Shown: positions 1 to 10,339 of the stretch, piece by piece
Numbering within the stretch: position 1 is the first letter of the stretch
How the letters are laid out: each line of letters begins with the position of its first letter
Assembly (NCBI GenBank): GCA_039932275.1
Contig: JBDTQF010000001.1
Span: 1 to 57,294, forward strand
Length of the DNA stretch: 57,294 nucleotides
Direction of reading: 5' to 3'
DNA from: Burkholderiales bacterium
GTDB taxonomy: Bacteria > Pseudomonadota > Gammaproteobacteria > Burkholderiales > Burkholderiaceae_C
Translations under genes and position numbers: made by a program
The notes under the pieces: generated by a model
Database searches by the model: none
The model's input: only the letters and a program-made list of their open reading frames with translations
What the model was told of the DNA's origin: nothing

Positions 1-636
1 ACTGGGTGCGAACGTTGAGAACCTGACGCTTGGAGGTTCTGCGGCGATCAATGCCACCGGCAACGCGCTGGACAACGTGCTGACGGGCAACAGCGGCAAC
101 AACGTGCTGGACGGCGGTGCGGGTAACGACACCATGAGCGGCGGTGCCGGCGACGATACGTACGTGGTGGATTCTGTCAGCGACGTGGTGAGCGAGGGCG
201 CTGGCGGCGGCACGGATACGGTGCAGACTGCACTGGCCTACACGCTGGGCAGCAACATGGAGAACCTGACGCTGACAGGCTCAGGCCATGTCAACGGGTA
301 TGGCAACGAGTTGGGCAACGTACTGACGGGCAATGCCGGCAACAACACGCTGGCTGGGCAGGCGGGCGACGATACGTTGCTTGGTGGAGGCGGCAACGAT
401 CTGTTGATTGGCGGTGAGGGTGCCGACGCGATGGCGGGTGGCACAGGCAACGACACTTATGGGGTCGACAACGCGGGTGACACGGTGACGGAGGCCAGTG
501 GCGAGGGCACGGACACGGTGGTTTCTCTGCTGAGCTTCGCACTGGGTGCGAACGTTGAGAACCTGACGCTTGGAGGTTCTGCGGCGATCAATGCCGCCGG
601 CAACGCGCTGGACAACGTGCTGACGGGCAACAGCGG
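1..636 (+). repeat. 96-bp near-perfect direct repeat (1-96 and 541-636, one mismatch), period 540 bp
   Basis: ACTGGGTGCGAACGTTGAGAACCTG...GGGCAACAGCGG is read at both positions; the only difference is ACC vs GCC. Confidence 0.9.
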
Positions 637-1021
637 AGCCAATACGCTGACAGGCGGCGACGGCGTCGACACACTCATCGGCGGTGCCGGCAACGACACC
701 TTCGTCTTCGACGCAACGTTGAATGCCGCGACCAATGTAGATGTGATTTCAGATTTCAGTGCGGGTGACACGATCTTGCTGGACAACGATGTGTTTGCTT
801 CCCTCGGTGCTCCAGGCGCACTGAATGCCAGCCAGTTCCATGCCGGTGCGGGTCTGACCGGCAGCACGTCGGTTTCCGAGGGCGCTGGGATCTACTACGA
901 CACGAGCAACGGCAGCTTGTACTACGACGCCGACGGATTTGGAGGCCAGGCAGGAGTTCAGTTTGCGGTGGTCTCAGGTCACCCGGCACTCACCGGGGCC
1001 GCTTTCGCCGTGCAAGACTGA
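2..1021 (+). CDS. RTX (hemolysin-type Ca-binding repeat) secreted/surface protein, C-terminal part; 5' end lies outside the window
   Basis: Many GGxGxDxL nonapeptides and ENLTLTG/GNALDNVLTGN repeats. Frame is open back to base 2. The YYDADG-type C-terminal domain is typical of type I secretion substrates. Confidence 0.9.
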   Translation: MGANVENLTLGGSAAINATGNALDNVLTGNSGNNVLDGGAGNDTMSGGAGDDTYVVDSVSDVVSEGAGGGTDTVQTALAYTLGSNMENLTLTGSGHVNGYGNELGNVLTGNAGNNTLAGQAGDDTLLGGGGNDLLIGGEGADAMAGGTGNDTYGVDNAGDTVTEASGEGTDTVVSLLSFALGANVENLTLGGSAAINAAGNALDNVLTGNSGANTLTGGDGVDTLIGGAGNDTFVFDATLNAATNVDVISDFSAGDTILLDNDVFASLGAPGALNASQFHAGAGLTGSTSVSEGAGIYYDTSNGSLYYDADGFGGQAGVQFAVVSGHPALTGAAFAVQD

Positions 1022-1085
1022 AACCCGAGGCGTTCGTTGTGGGTGGGTCGCTGGTGTCGCCGCGGGCTGCGGCGGCACCGGCCCA

Positions 1086-2321
1086 TCAGGCGGTGCTACG
1101 TTTACGCACCGCCGACCGGATGTCCTGCAAGTACTGTCCCACCACGAGTTGTTCACCAAACTGACGCTCCATCTTCCGGCGTCCACACAGGCCCATTTGT
1201 GCCAGTGGCGGCGCGGGCATGGTGGCGATGGCCCCCATCTTATTGGTCAGGTCGTCTACGTCCCGCGGGCGTACCAGGTAACCACTCAAGCCGTCGTCTA
1301 CCGTGTCGCGGCAACCCACCGCATCGGTTGTGATGACAGGCCTACCCAGGCTTGCGGCTTCCAGCAAACTGCGAGGCACTCCTTCGCGGTAGGACGGCAA
1401 CACCACGCAGTGCGCGCTGGCCAGCAATGGCCGCACGTCGCGGGTCGAGCCTAGGTAGTTGATCACGCCTTCTGCGTGCCACTGCTCCACTGTCTGCCGG
1501 GGAATTCCTTGAGGGTTGCCCTCGTCGATGAACCCGAGCAGGCAACATTCCACGTCCACACCTCCGGCGCGCAGTCGGCGGGCCGCTTCGACGTACTCCC
1601 CCACGCCCTTGTCCCACAGCAGCCGCGCAACCAATAGAAAGCGAAAGGTGCAGCCTGGGCCGACGGCGGGCAGCGGCTGTGGCGCAAACTTGGCGAGATC
1701 GATTCCCGAACCGGGCAGGCGCATGGTCTGCTCCTCGCGCACGATGCCTGCTTGAAGGAAGGTGGCGCGGTCATCCTCGTTTTGGAAGAACACGCGACTC
1801 GACCGACCGAAGGCCCAGCGATACAGCCTTTGCACAAGTGGCGTGAGCCTCGAATTCGGTGCGAAGGCGGCGCCCAATCCGGTGACGTTGTTGATGACAG
1901 GAATACGTAGCGCGCGGCACACGAGTGAGCCATAGATGTTGGGTTTGATCGTGTACCCGAGATACACATCGGGCCGTTCACGCATCAGTACCCTTGCCAA
2001 GCGAAGCAAGACCCCCAATTCCGAGAAGGGGTTGCACCCTTTGCGGCTCAGTGAAAGAGGCACAAAACGTGCGCCAAGGGCCACGACATCCGCAGCGTAC
2101 TCATCGCTTGGAGCAATGGCCACCACCTCATAGCCAGAAGAGATCATTGAGCTGACCAAGCCCGAGCGAAAATTCAGCACATTCCAGGCTGCATTGACGC
2201 ACAGCACCACGCGCCGCCCCCGGTATCGACTCGCCGCCTGGTGGGTGCGTGACAGCCCGGCACTGCTCGATGCAATAGCTGGCGGGCTCTCTGTCAGCGT
2301 AGCGAATTGCGAATTGGTCAT
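1086..2321 (-). CDS. Glycosyltransferase family 4 (CapM/PglA-like)
   Basis: NFRxxL, YTIKPNIYG, FFQNEDD, ARLLWDKGVGEY, VLPSYREGVPRSLLEA and TTDAVGCR motifs. Start placed at ATG 2321 (uncertain). Confidence 0.9.
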   Translation of the reverse strand: MTNSQFATLTESPPAIASSSAGLSRTHQAASRYRGRRVVLCVNAAWNVLNFRSGLVSSMISSGYEVVAIAPSDEYAADVVALGARFVPLSLSRKGCNPFSELGVLLRLARVLMRERPDVYLGYTIKPNIYGSLVCRALRIPVINNVTGLGAAFAPNSRLTPLVQRLYRWAFGRSSRVFFQNEDDRATFLQAGIVREEQTMRLPGSGIDLAKFAPQPLPAVGPGCTFRFLLVARLLWDKGVGEYVEAARRLRAGGVDVECCLLGFIDEGNPQGIPRQTVEQWHAEGVINYLGSTRDVRPLLASAHCVVLPSYREGVPRSLLEAASLGRPVITTDAVGCRDTVDDGLSGYLVRPRDVDDLTNKMGAIATMPAPPLAQMGLCGRRKMERQFGEQLVVGQYLQDIRSAVRKRSTA

Positions 2322-2798
2322 GGTGGGCCGTACTGCTGGTAGGTGGTGATGAGGACTGCACGACCGTCCGTGACGCATGTCGCATTCCTCTGCACCAGCG
2401 CGGCTAGACGAGTTGCGAAACCTTGATGGCGTGACACCGCCGCGTTGGTGTGTCGACAGTTTCGGTGGCCCAAGCTCTTTCTGTCGGAAGCCTGAAGACG
2501 GGTTCGTTGCATCCTTCGCGGATTTGCATTTGAAGTGCGCGTGTCCTTGATGCGCGGCGACTCGGCGCTCTCACGGTGGCTTCTGTGGCCGCGAAGCGCC
2601 CACATGTCAGGCGCGCCTCAGCCCGGCAAGAGTGGGCGAAATTTGTCCGCGCATCTGCGTGAATTGAAAATGCAATCCCCGAGAATGGAGGGTGAGCAAT
2701 GTTGAGCGCGGCCCGCAATTGAAGAAGCAGGTGCAAGCGCCGGGGTGCCAGCGCGGCACTAGCATCAGTCAGCCAACCACCCATGGTTTAGGGACGCA

Positions 2799-3911
2799 AT
2801 GAGCAGCAAAAAACCGGTCTATGTCACCCAGCCCTACCTGCCTGCGCTGGAAGAGTTCATCCCTTATCTGGAACAGATCTGGGCCAACAAGGTTCTCACC
2901 AACGGCGGGCCGTACCACCAGCAGTTTGAGCAGGCGCTGTGCGAGTACCTGGGTGTCGAGCACATCGCGCTGTTCTCCAACGGCACGCTGGCGCTTGTGA
3001 CCGCGTTGCAGGCGCTGCGCGTGACGGGCGAGGTCATCACCACGCCGTACTCATTCGTCGCCACGGCGCACTCGCTGCTGTGGAATGGCATCAAACCGGT
3101 GTTTGTGGACATCGACGAAACCACGCTCAACCTTGACGTCGCCCGCATCGAGGCCGCCATCACCCCCAGCACCACGGCCATCATGCCGGTGCATTGCTAC
3201 GGCCACCCGTGCAATGTCGAGGCGATCCAGAAGCTTGCCGACAACTACAACCTGCGCGTCATCTACGACGCTGCACACGCCTTTGCGGTGGAAGATCAGG
3301 GCGGCAGCGTGCTGCGCCATGGCGACCTGAGTGCACTGAGCTTTCATGCCACCAAGGTGTTCAACACCTTCGAGGGCGGCGCGTTGATCTGCCCCGACGC
3401 CAAGACCAAGCAGCGCATCGACCATCTCAAAAACTTCGGCTTCGTCGATGAGGTCACCGTGGTGGCGCCGGGCATCAACGGCAAGATGAGCGAAGTCAAT
3501 GCCGCGTTCGGCATGCTGCAGCTCAAGCATATCGACCATGCACTGGCCCGGCGTGCCGAGATCGACCACACCTACCGCGAGATGTTGGGGCCAGTGAAGG
3601 GCATCCGCTGCGTCGAAGAGGTGGGTCAGACCCGGGCCAACCATGCGTACTTTCCAATCCTCGTGCAGCCCGACTACCCGTTGAGCCGGGACGCCCTGTA
3701 CGAGCGGCTGCGCGAGCACAACATCTACGCCCGCCGCTACTTCTACCCGCTGATCTCGGAGTTCCCGATGTACCGCGGCCTGCCCTCGTCGCACCGCGAG
3801 AACCTGCCGGTGGCTACCAAGCTGTCGCAACAGGTGCTGTGTCTGCCGATCTATCCCGCGCTGACGCGCGAGGATCAGATGCGCGTGATGGATGTCATTG
3901 CAGGAGCCTGA
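2799..3911 (+). CDS. vioA: DegT/DnrJ/EryC1/StrS aminotransferase, VioA-like (dTDP-4-amino-4,6-dideoxyglucose transaminase)
   Basis: VYVTQPYLP N-terminus, YDAAHAF, SFHATKVFNTFEGG (PLP lysine), GINGKMSE, RRYFYPLI. Confidence 0.8.
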   Translation: MSSKKPVYVTQPYLPALEEFIPYLEQIWANKVLTNGGPYHQQFEQALCEYLGVEHIALFSNGTLALVTALQALRVTGEVITTPYSFVATAHSLLWNGIKPVFVDIDETTLNLDVARIEAAITPSTTAIMPVHCYGHPCNVEAIQKLADNYNLRVIYDAAHAFAVEDQGGSVLRHGDLSALSFHATKVFNTFEGGALICPDAKTKQRIDHLKNFGFVDEVTVVAPGINGKMSEVNAAFGMLQLKHIDHALARRAEIDHTYREMLGPVKGIRCVEEVGQTRANHAYFPILVQPDYPLSRDALYERLREHNIYARRYFYPLISEFPMYRGLPSSHRENLPVATKLSQQVLCLPIYPALTREDQMRVMDVIAGA

Positions 3912-3914
3912 GCC

Positions 3915-4493
3915 ATGGGGCTGCTGAGCCGAGAAGCACTACTGGCGATGGGCTTCGCTGCTGTCGGAGACGACGTTCGCATTTCGGACCGCGCTTCGTT
4001 CTACGGATGCGAACGCATTTCGCTCGGCAATCACGTGCGGATCGACGACTTTTGCGTCCTGTCTGCCGGGTCAGGCGGTATTCGACTTGGCAACTTCATT
4101 CACATCGCCGTTCAGTCCAGCTTGATCGGGGCGGGCACCATCGCGCTCGCGGACTTCTGCAACATTTCATCCCGGGTGTCCATTTTTTCCAGCAGCGACG
4201 ACTACTCTGGTTGCCACATGACCAATCCCATGGTGCCTGCTCGGTACACCGGTGTGCACAGCGCTCCAGTGCAGTTGGGTAAGCATGTGATCGTCGGCAG
4301 CGGCAGCGTCGTATTGCCTGGTGTCACGCTGCATGAAGGCGTTGCCGTGGGCGCGCTGAGCCTGGTGCCAAAGGACTGTGAAGCATTCGGAATCTATGCC
4401 GGCTCACCCGCAAGGCGGGTCAAGGAGCGCCGACGCGACCTGCTCGACCTGGAGCGTCAGTTGCGAAACGACATGAACGTTACCGGCTCATGA
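3915..4493 (+). CDS. Hexapeptide-repeat acyltransferase, VioB-like
   Basis: Left-handed beta-helix repeats, VRIDDFC, SDDYSG..MTNP, YAGSPAR. Starts 3 bp after the vioA-like gene. Confidence 0.8.
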   Translation: MGLLSREALLAMGFAAVGDDVRISDRASFYGCERISLGNHVRIDDFCVLSAGSGGIRLGNFIHIAVQSSLIGAGTIALADFCNISSRVSIFSSSDDYSGCHMTNPMVPARYTGVHSAPVQLGKHVIVGSGSVVLPGVTLHEGVAVGALSLVPKDCEAFGIYAGSPARRVKERRRDLLDLERQLRNDMNVTGS

Positions 4494-6013
4494 GTTTCAA
4501 GCGCAACCTCGTCGCGAACTACGTCAGCCAGATCTATGTGACGCTGGTCGGCATCGTGATGGTGCCGCTCTATGTGCGCTACATGGGCACCGAGGCCTAT
4601 GGATTGGTGGGCTTCTTCGCCATGCTGCAGGCCTGGTTCCAACTGCTGGACATGGGCCTCACGCCCACCACTGCCCGGGAGAGCGCGCGCTATCTGGGCG
4701 GTGCCACCACTGCGTTGGCGTTAAGGCAGCTGCTGCGAGCTCTGGAAGGCATTTTCATCGCCATCGCAGTAGTGGGGGGCGCCGGCATGGTGCTGCTGAC
4801 GCCGTGGATCGCAACGCATTGGCTGAACGTCGAGAAGTTGCCCAGGGCGGAGGTTTATCACGCCCTCGTGCTCATGGCCGTGACCATCGCCTTGCGGTGG
4901 GTCTGCGGCCTGTACCGCAGTCTGATCAACGGGTTTGAGCAGCAGGTCTGGCTGGGGCGGTTCAACATGCTGTTCGCCACTGCCCGCTTCGTGCTGGTGA
5001 TCCCGTTCTTCTGGCTCGTGGGTGCCGAGCCCAGCCAGTTCTTTGCTTACCAAGTGGGCGTGGCATTGTTGGAGGTGGTGTTGCTCGTCAGCAAGAGTTA
5101 CCGGGTGCTGCCGGGTGTGCCTGCTGGCGAGAAGCTGCGCCCCGAATGGCGGTCGCTTCGCGGCGTACTGCGGTTTTCGCTGAGCATTGCCTTCACCAGT
5201 TCTGTCTGGGTGTTCGTTACTCAAAGCGACAAGCTCGTGTTGTCAAAGCTGCTGTCGTTGAGCGACTACGCCTGCTTCACGCTGGCGGTGCTGGTGGCCA
5301 GCGGCGTGGCCATCGTCAGCGGCCCGCTTAGTGGCGTACTGCTGCCGCGGCTGAGTCGCCTGAGCGCTGCTGGCGACGAACAGGCGTTGATGACCCTGTA
5401 TCGCAACGCCACCCAAGGTGTTGCCCTCATCGCCTGGCCAATGGCATTGATGCTGGCCTGCTTTTCCGAACAAGTGCTATGGGCCTGGACTGGCAACGCC
5501 GAACTTGCTGCCCGCGCCGCCCCTGTTCTTGGCCTGTACGCACTGGGCAACGGAATCCTGGCAGTGAGCGCTTTTCCTTACTACTTGCAATTTGCCAAGG
5601 GCGACGTGAAGCTCCATTTGATTGGCAACGTGCTCTTTGTGTTGCTGCTTATTCCAGCGGTGATCGTGTGCACATGGCAATGGGGGATGACTGGCGCCGG
5701 GTGGGCCTGGCTGTGCGCCAACGCGCTGTACTTCGTATTCTGGGTGCCGCTGGTACACCAGCGCTTTGCCAGAGGGTTGCACTTTCGCTGGCTTGTTCGC
5801 GATGTTTTAGGAATCGTGGCGCCAGCAAGTCTTGGCGCTTTAGGTGCGATTTCAACTATCAGGTTTCCAGTGGAGCGCGCTCCACTCCTGATGGCGCTTA
5901 TTAGTGTTGGCGTAGGAATCCTCATTGTTGCGTGTCTCGGATCATCGGTTGCGCGAAATGGCGTGAAGGCGAAGTTTTCTCCACCAACCACAGTCCGTAA
6001 ACCGATAGGCTGA
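4490..6013 (+). CDS. wzx: Wzx-type oligosaccharide flippase
   Basis: Multi-TM protein with NLVANY, PLY...G.EAYGLVG, DMGL and DKLVLSKLL motifs. ATGA overlap with the upstream gene. Confidence 0.85.
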   Translation: MSFKRNLVANYVSQIYVTLVGIVMVPLYVRYMGTEAYGLVGFFAMLQAWFQLLDMGLTPTTARESARYLGGATTALALRQLLRALEGIFIAIAVVGGAGMVLLTPWIATHWLNVEKLPRAEVYHALVLMAVTIALRWVCGLYRSLINGFEQQVWLGRFNMLFATARFVLVIPFFWLVGAEPSQFFAYQVGVALLEVVLLVSKSYRVLPGVPAGEKLRPEWRSLRGVLRFSLSIAFTSSVWVFVTQSDKLVLSKLLSLSDYACFTLAVLVASGVAIVSGPLSGVLLPRLSRLSAAGDEQALMTLYRNATQGVALIAWPMALMLACFSEQVLWAWTGNAELAARAAPVLGLYALGNGILAVSAFPYYLQFAKGDVKLHLIGNVLFVLLLIPAVIVCTWQWGMTGAGWAWLCANALYFVFWVPLVHQRFARGLHFRWLVRDVLGIVAPASLGALGAISTIRFPVERAPLLMALISVGVGILIVACLGSSVARNGVKAKFSPPTTVRKPIG

Positions 6014-6034
6014 GCGGGTAAATAATAATGTTCT

Positions 6035-7243
6035 ATGGCGATTAAATTAAATATGTCGAAGAGGATTGCTTTCATAGGTTCTGCAAATGCCCTGGGCATG
6101 ATGTATGCGATAGAGTTGCGGGCCGCGGGGGTCGACGTTACCTATTTCGTGACGACGACCGAGGTAGATACATTATCTCGGCCAGAAAATCATTATCCAG
6201 AAGTTGGCGTTCCTTATGAGAAATGGGTCATAGAATATATAGTAAAGAATCCTCTTCGCGCCAACATATTTCCACACTTATATATAGGAGGTCTGGTTCG
6301 CGAGTTAAAGACATTTGATTTCGTTTTTCTGTCTGGCATGTATCTAATGCTCGCCCCGATTGTTTCTCCTGCAAAGGCAGTTTTTTTGTCGCATGGATCT
6401 GACTTGGATGTCTGGTGTGATAAGAAGAGTTATGGTCTATGGTTGCAGGAAATTCGGCGTGGATCTGCCATGGTTGGGTCGCTATTTTCACTGATTGGTG
6501 TCGCCAAGATGCGGAAGGCTTTCAAATCTTGCGCTGCATTGATAACCTTCCCGTTTGGACTAAGTTCAGATCGAGACCGGGTCGTCAGGGATATTTCGAG
6601 AAACTGGCGAGGCCGTCTCGTCGAGCGCTTTGATGTCTCATTTTCGCCGGTCTCCATGTCGGACAAGAAGCCACCTTTTCATGAGAATCGACTCGTGCTG
6701 CTATGTGCGGTTCGTTGCTCATTCCTGCCCTCTCCGGGCAGGTCGCCGAGTGACATGAAGGGTGTCGATGTAATTCTTAAGGGGGTCGAAAAATACATTG
6801 ATGAAAGACGACTGCCTGTTGTTCTTCATATAGTTGAAAAGGGTGTCGACTTAGAGCTGGCTAAAAAAATCGTGTCATCCGGCGCATTGAGGGAAAACGT
6901 TGTTTGGCACAAAGAAATGCCGTTTAATAAGCTCTTGACATTGTACGAAGAGGCAGACATCTGCTTTGATCAAACGTCAACGTCTTGGTTAGGGGCGATC
7001 GGAGTCTATGCGCTATATATGGGCCGGCCATTGATAGCGAATTCAAGGTCGGAAGTTCTTGGTCACATGTGGACTGGGAGCAATCCAATCTGTGAGGCTG
7101 TCAGTTCTGCTCAAGTTAGGGATTGTCTCGTGGCATTAGAGAGTGTTGAAGTTAGAAAAGAGGTTTCGGAGAGGTCAAAGGTTTTTGCTAAAACGAACCT
7201 TGGTCCTTCTCGAGTTGTGGGGGAAATACTTGATTTTATCTAG
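6035..7243 (+). CDS. Putative GT-B glycosyltransferase (divergent, low GC)
   Basis: HGSD, KGVDVIL and ADICFDQ...GAIGVYALYMGRPLI resemble a GT4 C-terminal motif. Located between wzx and the wzy-like gene. Confidence 0.7.
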   Translation: MAIKLNMSKRIAFIGSANALGMMYAIELRAAGVDVTYFVTTTEVDTLSRPENHYPEVGVPYEKWVIEYIVKNPLRANIFPHLYIGGLVRELKTFDFVFLSGMYLMLAPIVSPAKAVFLSHGSDLDVWCDKKSYGLWLQEIRRGSAMVGSLFSLIGVAKMRKAFKSCAALITFPFGLSSDRDRVVRDISRNWRGRLVERFDVSFSPVSMSDKKPPFHENRLVLLCAVRCSFLPSPGRSPSDMKGVDVILKGVEKYIDERRLPVVLHIVEKGVDLELAKKIVSSGALRENVVWHKEMPFNKLLTLYEEADICFDQTSTSWLGAIGVYALYMGRPLIANSRSEVLGHMWTGSNPICEAVSSAQVRDCLVALESVEVRKEVSERSKVFAKTNLGPSRVVGEILDFI

Positions 7244-8288
7244 CAGCACCGATGGAAAGATAACTTACGGACGAGCGGCCGTAATTTTTTCCATCGCTTG
7301 CGTTATTACATATTTGATTGCGTTCTTGATCGCGGCCAATCGGACGGATGTTCTCGACAACGAAAATTATTTAAACTACTTTTCGCACAATGATCTTCTG
7401 ACCGTCCTTTGGCAAAAAATTGTCAGTGAAGAGTCGATACTCAAGTCATTCTTAATGATATTCACTGAAGAAATTTTTTGGCTCGTCCTTGCCCATTTGG
7501 TGGGGGCTTTTCTTTCTCCGGCTGCGGCTACTGTAGCCGCAGTAATTTTCCTAAATGTTGCCATATTCCTTGGGATGTCTCGATTTAAGGGGTTTCCTAT
7601 TGGAGTTATTCTTTGGATTGCCCTGCCGATGTGTCTGTCGGTGGTTGGGTTTTTTCAAATCCGACAAGGGTTGGCTTTTTCTGTGTTCTGCTTGTTTTAT
7701 TTTCTCGGAGGTCCTGTTGTTCTTGGGGCGGTTATTGCGTCTGCAATTCACACCACTTTTCTTGTTCCCCTTGTGATTGTTCTAATGGCCAGAATATTTC
7801 GGGGAGAGAGGCGTCCACTATTATTTATATTTGCTTGTATCGTAGTATTTGGTGCGATCGCTTCTTTGGGTGGAATTCTATTCGCTGATTTTGCGGGTCG
7901 CCGCGCAGATATCTATGAGACAGATGAGGGTGTGTCCAGTTTTAACTATCTCGTTGGCGTTATCTTACTGGCTGCTCCGTCGCTATCGTTGGTTCTTTCC
8001 AACAAAGATAGGCCTGTTGGTCTATCTCAACTTGGTTGTCAACTATCAGTCGGAATTTCTATATGGCTAATTGTGTGCTTTTTTCTGTTTCCGATAGGGA
8101 CTTCGCGGGTCGGATACTACTCGGCAATGTTCTTCTTGTTCCCGTTAGTTATGGAAATTGATGAAATCTGGTCCCGACATAAGATGGCTCTCATTTTAAA
8201 TTTTGCTGCTGTTATTATTCTAATATACGGCGGAATAAAAAGTGGAACATATGATCAAATATTAATAGGATTTAGGGGAATATTATGA
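7230..8288 (+). CDS. EpsG/Wzy-like polysaccharide polymerase
   Basis: About 10 hydrophobic segments with D.ENY, QIRQGLA, IH and RVGYY motifs; low GC. TTG start at 7230 is inferred from overlap with the upstream stop. Confidence 0.75.
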   Translation: MILSSSTDGKITYGRAAVIFSIACVITYLIAFLIAANRTDVLDNENYLNYFSHNDLLTVLWQKIVSEESILKSFLMIFTEEIFWLVLAHLVGAFLSPAAATVAAVIFLNVAIFLGMSRFKGFPIGVILWIALPMCLSVVGFFQIRQGLAFSVFCLFYFLGGPVVLGAVIASAIHTTFLVPLVIVLMARIFRGERRPLLFIFACIVVFGAIASLGGILFADFAGRRADIYETDEGVSSFNYLVGVILLAAPSLSLVLSNKDRPVGLSQLGCQLSVGISIWLIVCFFLFPIGTSRVGYYSAMFFLFPLVMEIDEIWSRHKMALILNFAAVIILIYGGIKSGTYDQILIGFRGIL

Positions 8289-8406
8289 TGTTGCTTGAAT
8301 TTATGGCGCAATTTTGTTGCTAGATATTTTATCTATTTCTTCTCAAAAAGCACTTTGCATTCGATTAAATATGAAGTGTCATCGATTTCAGTGGCATGGG
8401 AAACCT

Positions 8407-10287
8407 ATGAGAAGCGAATCATATCGTCCCGACGTGGACGGGCTTCGCGCTGTTGCGGTACTTGCAGTCTTGATTCATCACATAAGCGCCGCGTTCCTTC
8501 CGGGTGGTTTTATCGGGGTGGACATCTTCTTCGTCATCTCGGGCTACTTGATCACATCCCAAGTGTTCAAGGAGTCGTTGGACGATAAGTTTTCTCTACG
8601 TGAGTTCTACAAGCGTCGCATTAACAGAATCATCCCTGCTCTGTTGCTCGTACTGATGGTGTCGCTGGTTGTCGGCTGCGTGCTGCTGTCTCCGGCCGAT
8701 CTTGTGCGCCTGACCAAAAGCGCGATCTATGCAATGGTGGGTATGTCCAATGTGTTTTTCTGGCGCGAGTACGGCAACTATTTTGCGGGTACGGCCAGTG
8801 AGGCGCCTCTTCTGCATACCTGGTCCCTGGGTGTAGAGGAACAGTTCTATCTTCTTTGGCCTTTGATCATCGTTCTGCTGGTCCGCTTCGCTCGGCGGTA
8901 CGTGGTGGTCATACTCGTCATCGCCACCATCGGCGCTGTCGCAGTGTCGGAAGTCGCGGTGGGCAAAGTGGCCTCGGCGTCGTATTACCTGCTGCCCGCG
9001 CGCTTCTTCGAGTTGATGATTGGTGGTGTATTGGCGCTGATGGCGCGCAACGGGAGGCGGCCCTCACCGATGTTGGCCACCGCGTGTGCCGCTGTCGGCT
9101 TGGCGCTCATCGGAGGGTCGTTGTGGTTGCTGGACAAGGCAGCGTCCTTTCCCGGCCTGAACGCCCTTTGGCCGTGTCTGGGGGCGGCCCTGCTGATTTG
9201 GGCAGGCGGTGCGCAGCATGGGCTCTCGCGCATCTTGACGAACCGCCCGATGGTCTCCATCGGCCTCATCTCTTATTCGCTGTACCTGTGGCATTGGCCG
9301 ATCATTGCGTACCTGAACTACACGCACGTTGCGATCAGCCCGCTGGTGGCTGTGCTTGTGGCAAGTGCCTCCATTGGGTTGGCATGGCTGTCCTGGAAGT
9401 TCGTTGAGGTGCCCCTGCGCAAGACGGGTGCTTCGCGCGCCGCCTCGGGCGTGGTGCTGTGGCGCTTCGCCCTGCCAGTGGCGGTGGTGGCGTCCATTGG
9501 GTTGGTTGCAGCGCGAGCGGAGGGCTTCCCAGGGCGTTTCGATGCGCGGGTCGCGGCCTATGAAAGAGTGTTGGAAGCCAAACCTGACCTGCTTCGCAAG
9601 GGTTGCCATGTGCCCACGGCCTTGTACGACACGCCCCCGAGTCCCGCCTGTCGCCTGGGTTCCGACAAACCGGTACTCGATGGCATCTTGATCGGGGACT
9701 CCTACGCCAATCATTTCACCGGGATGCTCGATGTCATGGCCAAGGCGCAAGGGCTCTCGCTGATGGACTACACCATGGACGGCTGTCCGCCGTTGCTGGG
9801 CTTTGACAATGGTGCGGCACCGTCTTATGCCGAGCGGTGTCGCAAGCGCAATGAGAGCGCTTTTGCGCAAGTAACGAACGGCCATTTCTCCCACGTCATA
9901 CTCGCGGCCAATTGGCCGCGGCAACCCGACGTAATGGACAAGCTGATGCGCTCGATCGAAACCGTGCTCAAGACCGGTGCTGAACTGACCATCGTGCTGG
10001 CCAACAACGGCATTGACCGGGCCAGCAGTTGCCCTGTTCGGAGCCTGATGTACCGGTCGAGGGACACCTGCGAGGGTGCAAAACTGGATGCGCCGTCCTA
10101 CTTCAATCAGATCCGGGCGCGCTACCCGATCGTCCATGTGGTGGACCCGAATCAAGTGATTTGTGCTGGCCAGGTGTGCAGCCCGCTCCTCGATGGCGTT
10201 CTGATTTATCGGGACGGCGGGCACCTGAATGACGTTGGGTCCCGGTTGCTTGGGCAGTCGTTGCTGCGGATCGGGGTGTCTCTGTAG
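8407..10287 (+). CDS. OafA/OatA-like O-acyltransferase (AT3 membrane domain + SGNH domain)
   Basis: YRPDVDGLRAVAV, GVDIFFVISGYLI, HTWSLGVEEQFY, SYSLYLWHWP, GDSYA and D.GHL motifs. Confidence 0.92.
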   Translation: MRSESYRPDVDGLRAVAVLAVLIHHISAAFLPGGFIGVDIFFVISGYLITSQVFKESLDDKFSLREFYKRRINRIIPALLLVLMVSLVVGCVLLSPADLVRLTKSAIYAMVGMSNVFFWREYGNYFAGTASEAPLLHTWSLGVEEQFYLLWPLIIVLLVRFARRYVVVILVIATIGAVAVSEVAVGKVASASYYLLPARFFELMIGGVLALMARNGRRPSPMLATACAAVGLALIGGSLWLLDKAASFPGLNALWPCLGAALLIWAGGAQHGLSRILTNRPMVSIGLISYSLYLWHWPIIAYLNYTHVAISPLVAVLVASASIGLAWLSWKFVEVPLRKTGASRAASGVVLWRFALPVAVVASIGLVAARAEGFPGRFDARVAAYERVLEAKPDLLRKGCHVPTALYDTPPSPACRLGSDKPVLDGILIGDSYANHFTGMLDVMAKAQGLSLMDYTMDGCPPLLGFDNGAAPSYAERCRKRNESAFAQVTNGHFSHVILAANWPRQPDVMDKLMRSIETVLKTGAELTIVLANNGIDRASSCPVRSLMYRSRDTCEGAKLDAPSYFNQIRARYPIVHVVDPNQVICAGQVCSPLLDGVLIYRDGGHLNDVGSRLLGQSLLRIGVSL

Positions 10288-10339
10288 GCGGGAAGCCCAG
10301 GTGCCTTGTCCGGCAGCGGGCGGGTCCGACTGACCGCAA

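Noticed and set aside
2322-2798. ops/JUMPStart element or small gene in the divergent promoter region
   Set aside because: No GGCGGTAG-type motif or convincing ORF found by eye.
8295-8588. 97-aa ORF between the polymerase and the acyltransferase
   Set aside because: It overlaps the acyltransferase in another frame and has no motif.
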